A DNA stretch of 20,000 nucleotides from Spirogloea muscicola (Eukaryota). The DNA is taken from positions 2,189,569 to 2,209,568 of the forward strand of contig WELB01000002.1 in the NCBI GenBank assembly GCA_009602725.1. The letters are read 5' to 3'. The first letter of the stretch is position 1. The number at the start of each line of letters is the position of its first letter. Of this stretch, positions 8,602-19,787 are shown piece after piece. A model generated the notes under the pieces. It saw only the letters and a program-made list of their open reading frames with translations. It was not told the DNA's origin and ran no database searches. The position numbers and the translations under genes were made by a program.

Positions 8602-9348
8602 CCCAGACGACGCTGCAGCCCTCGGCGGTGCGAAAGCGGCCTCACAGCCGCTCCGCCGCCGCCGCTGCAGGGCCCTGGCGACACGCCGTATGCCGGCGGC
8701 GTCTTCCAGCTTTCCCTGGCGGTGCCGGAGCAGTACCCGCTGGTGCCCCCGCAGGCCCGCTTCGTCACCAAGGTCTTTCATCCCAACGTCCACTTCAAGG
8801 TCCGCCGCCACCGCCGCCGCCGCCGCCGGCGCTGGTGGGCTGCTTGCGACCGCCCATCACGAGAGCGCGCTCGTCCAGCTCCGCTCAGGATGCGCGGCCG
8901 CCGCCCATGTCGTGCAGACCGGCGAGATCTGCTTGGACATCCTGAAGACGGCGTGGAGCCCCGCGTGGACGCTGCAGTCAGTGTGCCGCGCCGTGATCGC
9001 GCTGCTCTCACACCCAGAGCCCGACAGCCCCCTCAACTGTGACTGCGGTAGTGTGCACTCCCTCAGCCACCCGGCTCCAAGAAGAGATATGTAAAGGGTG
9101 TTGGCTTTATTTACTTATCGGCTTCCTGTATACCATCATATTATTTGGACCTTCAAGTAGTAGTTGCACAATCAGTCATGTATCCTTCTTACTGAAACGC
9201 TTGCCGATCTGTAGCAGCAATTACTTCGAGCTGACTCATTCCGCCTTGGCCCTCGCCCACAGGGAACCTGCTGCGGGCGGGCGACCACCGGGGTTACCGC
9301 TCCATGGCGGAGATGTACACGCGCCTTGCAGCCATGCCTCGGTCCTGA
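8352..9348 (+). CDS. PEX4: Peroxin-4, peroxisomal ubiquitin-conjugating enzyme E2 (UBC21-like), 156 aa
   Basis: Exons 8352-8357, 8425-8544, 8671-8799, 8918-9047 and 9263-9348 (471 nt, all GT-AG) give MAASKSRLFKEYKEVQRE...FHPNVHFKTGEICLDILKTAWSPAWTLQSVCRAVIALLSHPEPDSPLNCDCGNLLRAGD...MYTRLAAMPRS, closely matching plant PEX4. The HPN motif and catalytic Cys are intact. Confidence 0.96.
8553..8600 (+). repeat. (CCG)16 trinucleotide repeat in PEX4 intron 2; related arrays in introns 1 and 3
   Basis: Read directly; also (GCG)10 at 8392-8421 and an imperfect CCG array at 8802-8828. Confidence 0.95.
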
Positions 9349-9921
9349 CGCTGCGCCCGTGCATGCGGGTCCCAATCTCAAGTGAGCTGGCAAATCATTT
9401 GCAAAAACGACTGTGCCAGGCTTGCTAGCTTCAGGTTATTTACCTTTGACGTTCCATTGCCTTCGCATGGGGTGGCTTGACATGAGAGACAATGTCCTTC
9501 TGTTTAGCCTTCGTCAACTTATCATGGCTGCTTGTCAGACATAGTACAAGGCTTGTAGCAAGGCACATGTACATACCCAATCCATTTATGGAGACAAATT
9601 TACTGCGCATTATCGCGCGCGGCCAACAGGTCTTATTCCATCCTAAATCATTTGTACATTTGTGTACACCCCTGACAGCAGCACTCAGAATTTAGTACGT
9701 CCTGTGGCGATGCTCAAGGCAGCGGGCCAGCGCACGTCGCGACACCAAGCACTGTAATAACAAGGGATTGTTCTTTGCTACTGCGTTTCCTGTGTGGTGC
9801 CAAGCTCACTGCAGCTGGTCGTCCAAACTCCTCCTGTGCAACAACTTGTGTCAGCAATGAGCTTCTTGGCCTCCTTGCGAGCCACCTGCCAGAAGCTTCC
9901 ATCGCTTCACCAGCCGCCAAG

Positions 9922-12900
9922 TCAGTTGAGCACCTCAGCATGCTCACGTAGTGACGCCAACTGACACGTGCGAACGCCCCAGAAGGCCTCGGGCGTCATT
10001 CCGCGGCGCACGGCAGTGAAGCGCCAGCCAACGTGCGTCCCACAAGCGCCACAGTGTGCGATTGTCCACGAGTACCTGGGAAGCACGAGGTAGCAGGCAC
10101 GGCAGGACGATGCGGCCGTGAGATACTGGGCATGAGAGCATGTAGATCTAAGCAACTGGGAGCCCCAGTGTATGACCACAGAATCCGTGGCATCTGGCGG
10201 CGCTGATTGAGATGGTGCTTGAGCCAAGCGAAGTCCTTAACGATATTTGGCAACCTTGGCCAACGACTTTGGCAGTAGGCACGCACCCCGGGAACCAGCT
10301 GTTCTCAACCTCAGCAGGACCCTCCAGCACAAGCCCCCGTGCGCGCCGCAGCGTCACCGTCTCATGCACGTACCCGTGCGCGTTCACAAACGCACTCACT
10401 AGGCCCTCCGATGACATGGCCAGTACATCACCGCGGCGAGCAATCACCAACTGCTGAACAGCGGGAGATCTTGAGATACTCTTCCACAAGCTTATAGACT
10501 GACTTTCACTTTCATGTATAGCTTGCATGGACGCTACTCAGCAATTCCCACTCGAAAGTAGTCACCTTAAAATAGTCTGGTGGGATGCTGACAGCCGGTC
10601 ATTTGGGGTCAGGCTTGAAAATCTCTGTTAAAGGATTTACTGACCTCTAAAAGACTAGTGGCAACAAGTGAGAGTCATTAAAGGCTTCAGGCATGAGTCT
10701 GCAGGTGCACCTTGCAGGCCTTGCAGCGGAGGCGCTCCATGTTCTCCAGGATGCGCACCTCCTTCTGGAGGCGGTACACGGTGCCCTCCATCTCCAGCAG
10801 GACCTGGCGTGCTGAGTCGGAGAGCGGCAGGTTCGATGCGACATGGAATGACAGGCTCTGGGGTTTACCAAGCAGCGATGCCTCCAGTGGTGGTGACCCT
10901 TGAGTCAGCTGGTGATAGAGGTCTGGCCGCCCAGCCGCAGTAGTGCGGGGTTAGGCGTGCAGCAACAACAAAGCCACAGCAACTGTCAGCCATTACAAGG
11001 GCGCTGAAAGCGTGGTACAACAATGCGAGAGAGTTGACCAGAGTTTACGATTTTGGGGTTCATCAATGAGATGATCTATTAGAGGAAGTTCGCGATTGGC
11101 AGGCACGAGTCGCGCTGCACCTGCAACACGGCGAGCGAGGTCGTACGCGTCGTACATGCGGTACACCCAGTGAGGCCACGCTGCGAGCGGTGCACGCACC
11201 CGCCACCGCCGCCCATCCTCGCGCCACGCGCCGCCCGGACTGGCAACCGCGGCGCTGGTGCCGGTGCTGCCCCGGCCGCTGCTGCCCTCAGGCTCCACTG
11301 CTGGGGCCTTGCCGCGCTTCCGCTGCCCGCTGGCCCGCCGGCCATCCAGGCTCCCAGCTGCGCCGTTGCTACGGGCGTCATCGCTGGCCACCTCTGCGTA
11401 GCCCGTGCCCCCTGTGCTACTGTGCTGGCGTGTCACCGCGCCCTGCAAGCCGCCTCGGCGGCTCCACCACCACCAGTTGGCGCCGCGGCTGTCACCGCCA
11501 ACGCCTCCTGGCTCCTCCTCCTGCGACTCCTCGCCGCTCCCACTGCTGCTCTCCACGGTGGCGATGCCGCCGTCATCGTCGCTGGCGCCGCCCCCGTCCT
11601 CCTCGTGCATCAGCCGCAGCAGCAGCTCGTCGTGCATCCGCCGGATGCGCCGCCGCCGTGCCTGCTCCCTGTCTTCCTGCTCCTCCAGGTCATCCTCATC
11701 GTCCCAGAGCCGCCGAGACGCAGCGGCAGCGGCGCTGGCGCCGCTCCTCCTCCCGCGAGCTGATGATTTCCCGTGCGCTGCCACAGGTGCGGACGCGCCC
11801 CAGCTTTCCCTGCCAGCAGCTGCCGCTGCAAGCTTCGCAGCATACGTCCCGCTTGCTGGGCTGGGTACGCACGCCAAAGGCGCAAATGCGTCCCGCGGAA
11901 TTGGTGTCGGCTGATCCTCCACCATGACCTGGACCTGCGCCCATGGCTGTCGCCAACCCCCACGATCATGTACCATCAGCAGTCAGCGAGTGGCTCGCAT
12001 CTTTGGCCTTGGCTGGTCAACGTAGATCAAGCCCAGCTATAAGCTTATGCCATCGTGCTGATCATCACCAGGATATCTCTTGGTTGAGATTTTCATAATT
12101 TGCAATGACAGATACAAGTACAAGCAATTCATCATTACGTATGTACTCAATCATGTCGATAAGATATGTGCAATAGAAGTAGAGAGGCTAAGAACAAGTC
12201 AATAGCCACACGTGTACGCCGAGGTTTGGGGGCCTTGCACACCGAGCCGTCAGCCTCAGTCCAGGCCTGGCAGAGATAGAAGCGCTGTGCTCCTCGCGTC
12301 AGGACGTTCAGCGAGCCGTCCTCGAGCTGAAGCAGCTGCCGGATCTGCCACCGCCGCAGGACAGGCGGCGCCGCTTGGCATCATGATCTTGACCCCAGCT
12401 GGTCATGACGGGGGCTCAGCAGCGGTTGCTGGGGCCACATGCACACGCCTTTGATGGGCTCCGAGAACGAGGCCATGAAGCACACCTCCGCCGTCGTGCC
12501 GACTGACGAGACACGAATGCCGCGGCGCAGCCGCGTGCTCGAGCTCATGTGGACCTGCGCCAATAGCGGGTCAAGGCATTGCTTGCATATTTTTATGTGA
12601 ACTGCGCCTCAACACAGACTGGAAATCCTGACATGCGATCATCGCAGCACTGCCGAGATGGCTAGTGGGCTGGCCACGAGCCGCGAGGAGGGGGACCCAG
12701 GAGCATACGACGCCAAGGATGCGCTGGCCCTCGCTGCGCTCCATGGCGCGCACGACGGCGGCCTTGAATCGCGGCTGGATGACGCGCAGCGGCAGCGTCT
12801 GCTCGGGGAACAGAACGAGGCCTGGCAGAGGAAAGAGAATGCCACATTGAGGTCAGCACGCACTCGTGCTTACTTCACTGCAGCCACAATGATTATCTAA

Positions 12901-13676
12901 TAGGAAATTATTAGTCAGATTGCTACTGTGTGGAGAGAGGTTCCATTGAGCTGAAAACACTAATTGAACGCTAATCTATTGGAGGGCGGAGGGCGGCGCA
13001 CCCTCCAGGTAGAACATGGGGAGCCGGAGCGTGGCGCCGCCCTCCAGCACCGTGCGGCCGCCGCGCACGTCCTCCACCTCTGCGCCCAGCAAAGCACAAC
13101 GGCAGGCTGTCAGCGCCGGCGTCCACCGGCTCCTGCATGGCGCAGGCAGGCCCTCGGAGCGCCAAGGCATTGCCATCACGTCGGCAGCGCTGACGGCGGC
13201 GGCGGGCTCCCGCACGGCCGTTATCCGTCCTCGTCGCCATGCATGGCAGCGCCAGCGTTTGCCAACACAGGAAGACTTCCTTGCGGTATCAAGGTGGCCG
13301 GGCAAGGCCAGCGCTGAGGCGGCGGCCATGGGGCGGCAGCGGCGGCGGCGGCGGTCGCGGCGGCGGGCGCACCGCCGAGGTAGGAATGCAGGGAGGTGAG
13401 CGCGGTGTCGAAGGTGAAGCCGCCGGGGTCGCCGGTCGCCGTGTCCCCCGAGCCGCCGCTGCAGCAGGCAGCACCGCGGCACGGTGGCGGCGGCTCAGCC
13501 GAGGGCCCCCGCAGAGCTCCGCCCTGGCGGGGGCGCACCCGCGTGCGGCGCGGCACCTCGAGCTCTCTGTCGCGTCGCCGCCGCCTCCCCCGCGCCCCCA
13601 NNNNNNNNNNNNNNNNNNNNNNNNNNNNNNNNNNNNNNNNNNNNNNNACGCCGCCGCCGCCGCCGCCGCCCTCCAT
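9922..13676 (-). CDS. CRBN: Cereblon homolog (LON N-terminal domain plus CULT/thalidomide-binding domain)
   Basis: Exons 13676-13557 (contains N gap), 13458-13373, 13079-13002, 12821-12709, 12554-12486, 12344-12243, 11946-11121, 10922-10711, 10453(or 10450)-10287 and 10075-9922. Motifs: FTFDTALTSLHSYLG, LPMFYLEGLVLFPEQTLPLRV, VGTTAEIRQ, RGAQRF, WPHWVYRMYD, Zn pairs CKAC/CGAC, VNAHGYVHE, SWFPGYSW, HVGWRF, FWG. Confidence 0.94.
13601..13647. other. Assembly gap (47 N) inside cereblon exon 1
   Basis: N run. With 47 nt the exon phase does not match the downstream splice, so the gap length is probably mis-estimated. Confidence 0.95.
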
Positions 13677-13920
13677 GGCCGCCGCAAGCCCTCCCTCCCT
13701 GCCGCCCTAAACTCAATACCCTAAACGCCAAAGATGTAGACCCGAGCTAAACCCCGAGCAAGCACCGCGCCGCCGCCGCCGCCGCAGCCGCCGCCGCCGC
13801 CGCCGGAGGCCGAGGCGGCTGTCCGCGAGGGCGTCGAGCCTCGGCGCCGGTCGAGGACTGCGTGCGGGAAACGAAGGACGGCGCGGCCCCTCGGCTGCTG
13901 CGGCTGCGGCGGCCGCGGCG
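13677..13920. promoter_or_regulatory. Putative bidirectional promoter/5'UTRs (cereblon and DPH6), 244 bp between ATGs
   Basis: Divergent ATGs at 13676 and 13921; CCCTAAA at 13705-13711 and 13719-13725, CTAAACCCC at 13747-13755, CCG array at ~13768-13805. Confidence 0.65.
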
Positions 13921-16900
13921 ATGAGGGTGCTGGCGCTCGTGAGCGGCGGCAAGGACAGCTGCTACGCCATGATGCTCGCCTGCCGCCAAAGCCACGAGGC
14001 GAGCCGCCGCCGCCGCCGCCGCCGCCACTGCCGCTGCCGCTGCACCGGCCTCCGCCTCTGGCTGCGCTAGCAGTCCCCGCTGCGGCAGGCGCCACAGGAG
14101 GCCATGAACTCCACCTGCGCTCGCCAGACAGAGCATGGCATGGAGTTGAAGCCGGCAGGCTGCGGCGGCGTGCAGGTGGTGGCGCTCGCCAACCTGCTCC
14201 CGGACGACGACTCCGTCGACGAGCTCGACAGCTACATGTACCAGACCGTGAGGCCTCCCTCGCTGGCCACTCTAAGCCCTGGACAGTTACATTTTCCCCT
14301 TACCTGGAACCCTAGAATGTGGTCTAGACCCTTAATGTAGGCTCTTATGAGGAGTTCTCCCTCCTGAAGCAGACAGCAATCTTAAGAATTAGGGTTCGGC
14401 ACATCTTAGGGTTCAGCTCTTCACTGCCACGCCGCCTCCTCTGCGATCTGCTAACGAAGTGTGTAGTGGCTGCGCCCCAGCTGGGCCCGAGCCCTAGCGT
14501 CGTGCATCGTTAGCTCTTGAAGCTTCTTGAGGACGCACTGATACCGCAATTTCAATTTCAATTTCATTTCTTTCTACGCAACTTACCTTGAACCTTGTCT
14601 ACGCCTGACAATGAGAGGGAGGAGGAGGGAGCTGCTGATGGCCTGACTGTGTGGAAGCACTGCAAATTGTGGAAGAGGCACAGCGGCAGCAGCTCCGTAG
14701 ACGTCGTCCAACTGCAAGCGCTCAGCCACTTGGCCCTGGCCCTGGTTGCTGATTGGGTATTGAAGGGGAGTTTGGGGCTCTGGCTGTGGCGCAGGTCGGA
14801 CATCAGCTGGTTGCTGCCTACGCTGAGTGCATGGGCCTCCCACTCTTCCGTCGGCGGCTCCGCGGCTCCGCCAGGTGCAGTTCATGCGCCTCATGACGGC
14901 GGCAGCCGGCGACGGCTTGGCTGCAGGAGCTGCAGTCCCATTTAGTGGCCTCGTAATAATTTCCGTGTTGAATTGTTTTCGATTGGCAGCGCAGATTACA
15001 GGAGCTGCGGTACCGACCAACGGTGGGTGACGAGGTCGAAGACCTCACGGCACTGGTACAGGGCGTGCTGCGGCGGCTGCCTGGCGGCGTAGAGGCCGTC
15101 TGCTCCGGTGCCATCGCATCTGACTATCAGCGCCTGCGTGTCGAGAGCGTCTGCGCACGCTTGCACCTCGTGTCGCTCGCCCCCCTATGGCGTCGTGAGC
15201 AGGCGCCGCTTCTCCAGGATATGGTAGGCAAGCCCTTTTACCATCAGATATCAGCTTTTAACATCAGCTCAAACCAATTAGCTTGATCCTGATTGAATAA
15301 TGCAGGCCTGAGTAACTGTGTTAGCAGTGACTTTCTCGGATGCATGCTTGGCTGGTCATGACAGGCTGAAATGCGCTTTCTGGACCACATCAGTCGGCAG
15401 GACGGTGGGTGACCTCGCGTGGTCCTGCTCTAACCCACAGATTGATGCCGGGGTCGCCGCCATCCTCGTGAAGGTCCGCCGTCCTGCTAGTCTGGTCACC
15501 GCACACCCAGTGACTGTGCAAGTTCGGCGTACTCTGAAGCCGCCATTCAGAATCGGTGTCGCCGCGCTGGCCAAGGCGCAAGCATGGAGCTGGGTCTTTG
15601 TGGCTCCGTACCTCCATGGGATAGCCATCGTGACGGCACCTTCGGCAAAGCCTTGCGCCTACTGCAGGTGGCCTCTCTCGGGCTGCATCCAGACAAGCAC
15701 CTCGGAAGGACGCTCACGGAGGTTCAGGGCCAGCTCCTTGAGCTTGCTGAGTGAGAGCCGCACTGCCGCTCGCTTGTCTGCCCACCTTTTCAAGCATTAC
15801 ATGAAGCTTTGATCTTTGGATGTAAGCTTCGAGCCCTCGCACATGAACCTCCACAAAGTAGTGCATACGCATGCTTAAATCTCTGCTGCTGCCTCAGTGA
15901 GTCATTTCTCGAGGCTATGCGGGTAAGACCTTGCCGACTGAGCCCCTTTCTCCTACCGCAATCTTGACATAGCTTATATGGGAGCAACGTCTGCGGAGAG
16001 GGCGGCGAGTATGAGACGCTGACGCTTGACTGCCCCCTCTTCAAGGTCAGTCGCGCTCTGATCCTTGTGTGGACAGGACATATTCGTGGACAGACTATGA
16101 CAAGGTCTCAATGCAGGGGCACAGCATTGCTGTCAAGAGTGCTAAACGGTCAACCCAGAATCTACACCACTCAGATATAGAAACCTTAGGCTTGATGCTC
16201 TGTGGTTTAGCCCCGCAGTCTCTCGCATCTCTTCGCTTCAGGATCCGCTGTCGCGCACAAATGCCGCCGTGCAACGTCTGTCATATTGCAAGCAGTCACT
16301 AGCATTGATCTTTGCCATTTGTCTGATGTGGTGGCAGCACGGCAAGATCGTCCTTGACTCCTATGAGATTGCACGACATTCGCTGGATGCGTTTGCTCCC
16401 GTTGGGGTCCTGCACCCCACCGCCTTCCATGTTGAAAGGAAGGCTCACAGGGCCGTGCAGGACGTCGAGAGCGACAGCCGTGCCTATCGCGAAAGCTACG
16501 CCGAGTCCTACAGTGCTGTCGACCGAGGTACGCATTGGGTGGAGGAGGTAGAGGACCAGGGAGCAGGGGATGATGATGGACCTCAAGACAAGTGCAGCAA
16601 AGAGGTCGCGGTGGCGGAGCTGGCTGACAGTTTCGAGTGCGCAGTGACCACTTCGGACTCGGGCCTTATCAGCGTCACGTCCTGGCAAACAAGGGGCGTA
16701 CCGCTGGGTAAGCTTGTGCTGTCCTTCCTGCACTCCCCATCACGTCCACCTTATAAGTCGATGTGACCTGTAGCCACATTGGCCCTCAAGTTGCAGGCCG
16801 TTCCTGAGGCAGGCGCAGCGGAGGAGCTCGTGGGAACGCTGTTGGCAATTGGCAAGCAGCTCAGCACAAGGGGCCTGGACTGGGACGACGCCCTCTACGT

Positions 16901-19096
16901 CCACCTGTACCTTGCCAGCATGTCTGACTTTGCTGCGATGAATGCCGCCTATGCCCGCTGCATCACCGAAGCGGGGTGCCCTCGGTAAGTTGCTTAAACC
17001 TGCTTGCAAAAGTATCACACGTGCATGACTCGCTTGCAGGCATCAGTCTTTGCAGGCACAAGCAGATGACGACCTGCTGTCGCATAAGGTGTTTTGAAGA
17101 TGGCATTGATGTAGCTGTATGTGGCATGCAGCTACGCTCTCATACTCTGCAGTTGGGGATGTAACTTCGGAGTCGGGGCACACACATCAGCAAAGGGGCA
17201 TTGATCTCTACTCCGGCCTCCTCTCGTGTGTTGGCAGGGGCGTGCCGTCGCGAACCACAGTGGAGGCGCGGCTGCGCCGAGGGGCCGCCGTGCAGGCGGA
17301 CGTGCTGGCTGCAGCCCGCAGCCCGATGGTGGAGAAGAAGGTGCTGCACGTCCAGAGCATCTCCTCCTGGGCGCCAGCGTGTATCGGGCCCTACAGCCAG
17401 GTGCAGCACTACCCTCCTCACCTATATCTCATACATTGCGCAAGAGCTTAAGTTAGCCCCTTGGACCCCTGCACCCCACACCTCAGTGCCCGACCTCAGA
17501 CCCTCATCAAATCCTAGATTGGTAATCCTTGACCTTTGTGCAAGCTGGGTGGAGCATTGCTCATTCAGCAACTGTGCTGGGTGTGGCTGGAGACGCTCAG
17601 TCCGAGTGGACGCCATTTTGTTGCTATACTAATCTAGTCACACCATTCCTTGTGTCATGCACTTGACTTGCAGCCAGTTGGGAAAGTAATCACGTGCCTC
17701 TAAGCCCGCTCTCGCCCATGCTTTGGGTGTGGGGAGGGCAGGCGACGCTGCACGGCGGTCTGCTGCACATGGCGGGCCAGCTGGGGCTCGAGCCTGCCAC
17801 GATGACGCTTGTGAGCGGTGGCGCGGCTGCACAGACGCGCCGCGCGCTGCGGAGCTGCGAGGCAGTGGCGGCCTCGTTTGGCAGTAGGCTGCGGCGCGAT
17901 TGTGTCGCGCTGACCGTCTACTGCAGCTCGGTGTGCTCGGTTGGTGAGCGGGTGGAGATTGGCCTGGAAGTGCGCACATTTATGATGGTCAATGATGAGG
18001 ACACATTGGACGACCATGACCAGCAAGAAGTGGCAGTGGCGACAGCGGCGGTTGCCAAGGCCAATAGTGTGGCGGCAGCTCCCTGCTCTCCGCTGGTCGA
18101 ATATGTCATTGTCCCAGGGCTTCCCAAGGGGTCAGTATTTTTTGACCACGCCACCGGGCGTTGCATGCAACATTCATCGAGGGCAACAGATTTACTGGCT
18201 CTTTCCTTTAGATGCAGAGGCAGCCTGCACAATGATACTTGCAGCCTGAGGCTGGCTTCAACCCTGAGCTTCAGAAGTGTTATCTCCTTCGAAGCTGGCT
18301 GGCTAGTCTATGCTTCTATTTCAGCTGGCAGCTACACCAGATCTGCTGCGCTTGCTGGAATGCTTCAATGGAGCAGACTTTCTGTGCGGCCTCAGATGAG
18401 CTTTCCTGCATTGCAAGTGTTCAGGGCGGCAGTCGAGCTGGCGCCGCTCTTGTACCTGCCGCCGCCTTTGGACGAGTACGCTGAGCTGCCTCTGCCAGAG
18501 CTCCGAATGATGTCCAGCCACACTGTGTCGACATTTGGGGTAGAAGAGTTGTGCTGCCAAAGCGTATTCATGAAGGGCCGCCTCTGCCGAGCACACGCAC
18601 TCATCGCCCTTGGCAGGCCGGCGAAGGATTCAGATGTGGCTCGTGAGGAAGCCGCGAAGGGGGCGGTGGAGAGCCTTGGTGTCGAATTGGCAGAAGCGGG
18701 CTTGTGGTGGGGCGATGTGGCGGTAAGTCTTATGGCAGCTGCCAGCCGGAGCACTAAGCCTCCTGCTGCTGTTTCCATGCGCGCTCTGCGCTGGCCATAG
18801 TTGCCGGAAGCACGGTCTGATATTGCATGACCACCCGGCACTTGCAGGAGCTCCGTGTGTATGAGACACGAGGCGGGCCTTCGCAGGCCGTAATCGAAAG
18901 TGCACTTGCGATGAATGCAACAGACCTCATAGACTTGGAGCTCAAGGCAGCAGTGGACGTTGGAGGTTCTACCACAAGAAAACGGCCGCATTGCGTGCAG
19001 CCGGTAGTCGTGCCTGTGGACGGTGTGGGGCCCAGCCCAAGTGCAGGCTGCATGGCGGTCTTCGAGCTGCTTGCCGTCCGCTGGCCGTCGTGGTAA
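13921..19096 (+). CDS. DPH6: Diphthine--ammonia ligase with C-terminal RidA/YjgF/UK114-like domains (~775 aa)
   Basis: Exons 13921-13998, 14176-14247, 14795-14874, 14995-15223, 15441-15473, 15668-15750, 15973-16045, 16338-16707, 16774-16984, 17238-17400, 17742-18130, 18425-18722 and 18848-19096 total 2328 nt in frame. Motifs: PP-loop SGGKDS, DELDSYMYQTVGH, GAIASDYQRLRVE, CGEGGEYETLTLDCPLF; RidA-like LYLASMSDFAAMN..PSRTTVE, LHVQSISSWAPACIGPYSQA, LPKGAAVE. Confidence 0.95.
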
Positions 19097-19386
19097 GCAC
19101 TGCTAACGGACTTTTGGGTCACCAAAGATGGCCGCCCCTCCGACGAAATTGCAGTGTGGAGCAGACATTTGTGCCGCAGTCTCAGCCAGTCGGACGGCGC
19201 AGCACACATGGTATGGCTGCCTCACTCACGGGGCTTGAGGATTGTGGGGATGCTGTTGCTGTGCCAGTGGGGTCGGGGCAAGGTGCATATGGGTCAAGGG
19301 CTTGGAAGCTCGGCTTACACAGCTCGTATAGATGATACAACTGAGTTACAGGCCCGTATGCTCACTGAAAATATAGATAAGTTTCC

Positions 19387-19716
19387 CGGCCCCTTCGGAC
19401 CTTGTCGGGTTTTACAGGCTGACTTTCACAGCCCTCCGCTCCTTTGGATGAGCTCACTTTCTAACGAAAGGCAATGGGCTGTGAAAGGCCATCCCACTGA
19501 GAGGCCAGCCCAAAGAAGAAGTAGAGGGCGATGGCTGTGCTTGGCCAGCCAGAGAAAGAATGGACAGAGATTGAAACTCAAAGGAATGAGCAGGGTCTGC
19601 AATGAAGGGGCAGGTAAGCTCAGCCAAAGGGCTGTGAAACACCAAACGAAACCACAAAAAGCTCGCCCAATGTGTAAGGCCAGCCCGAGACGAGGGGAGG
19701 AGGTCCGAAGGGCGGA
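19387..19716. mobile_element. ~330 bp MITE/foldback-like repeat of the same family as 370-1210
   Basis: 19387-19462 aligns over ~75 bp with the reverse complement of 791-867. A perfect 12-bp inverted pair CCCTTCGGACCT (19391-19402) / AGGTCCGAAGGG (19701-19712) bounds it, and GGGCTGTGAAA recurs at ~19477 and ~19629. Confidence 0.6.
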
Positions 19717-19787
19717 GGGGTCTGCAGACAGGGCACTCGCTGTGGAGAATCAGCAGCGCAGAAGTCAGCACGCGCTTTCCCGCGCGC

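Noticed and set aside
8136..9094. Poly-Arg/Ala/Pro ORFs around PEX4 and similar ones at 13200-14140
   Set aside because: By-products of CCG arrays and high GC overlapping real spliced genes.
11121..11946. Long plus-strand ORFs and the low-complexity insert in cereblon as a separate gene
   Set aside because: The region is one in-frame cereblon exon; plant cereblon homologs also have a long disordered insert here, and the antisense ORFs are shadows.
14560..14790. Intronic snoRNA or U1-like sequence (ACTTACCT) in DPH6 intron 2
   Set aside because: No proper C box/D box pair with terminal stem, and no U1 body follows the short match.
370..19716. One giant composite transposon carrying the four genes between the related end repeats
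   Set aside because: The genes are intact conserved housekeeping genes, the motifs occur in both orientations at each end, and no matching termini or TSD are visible.
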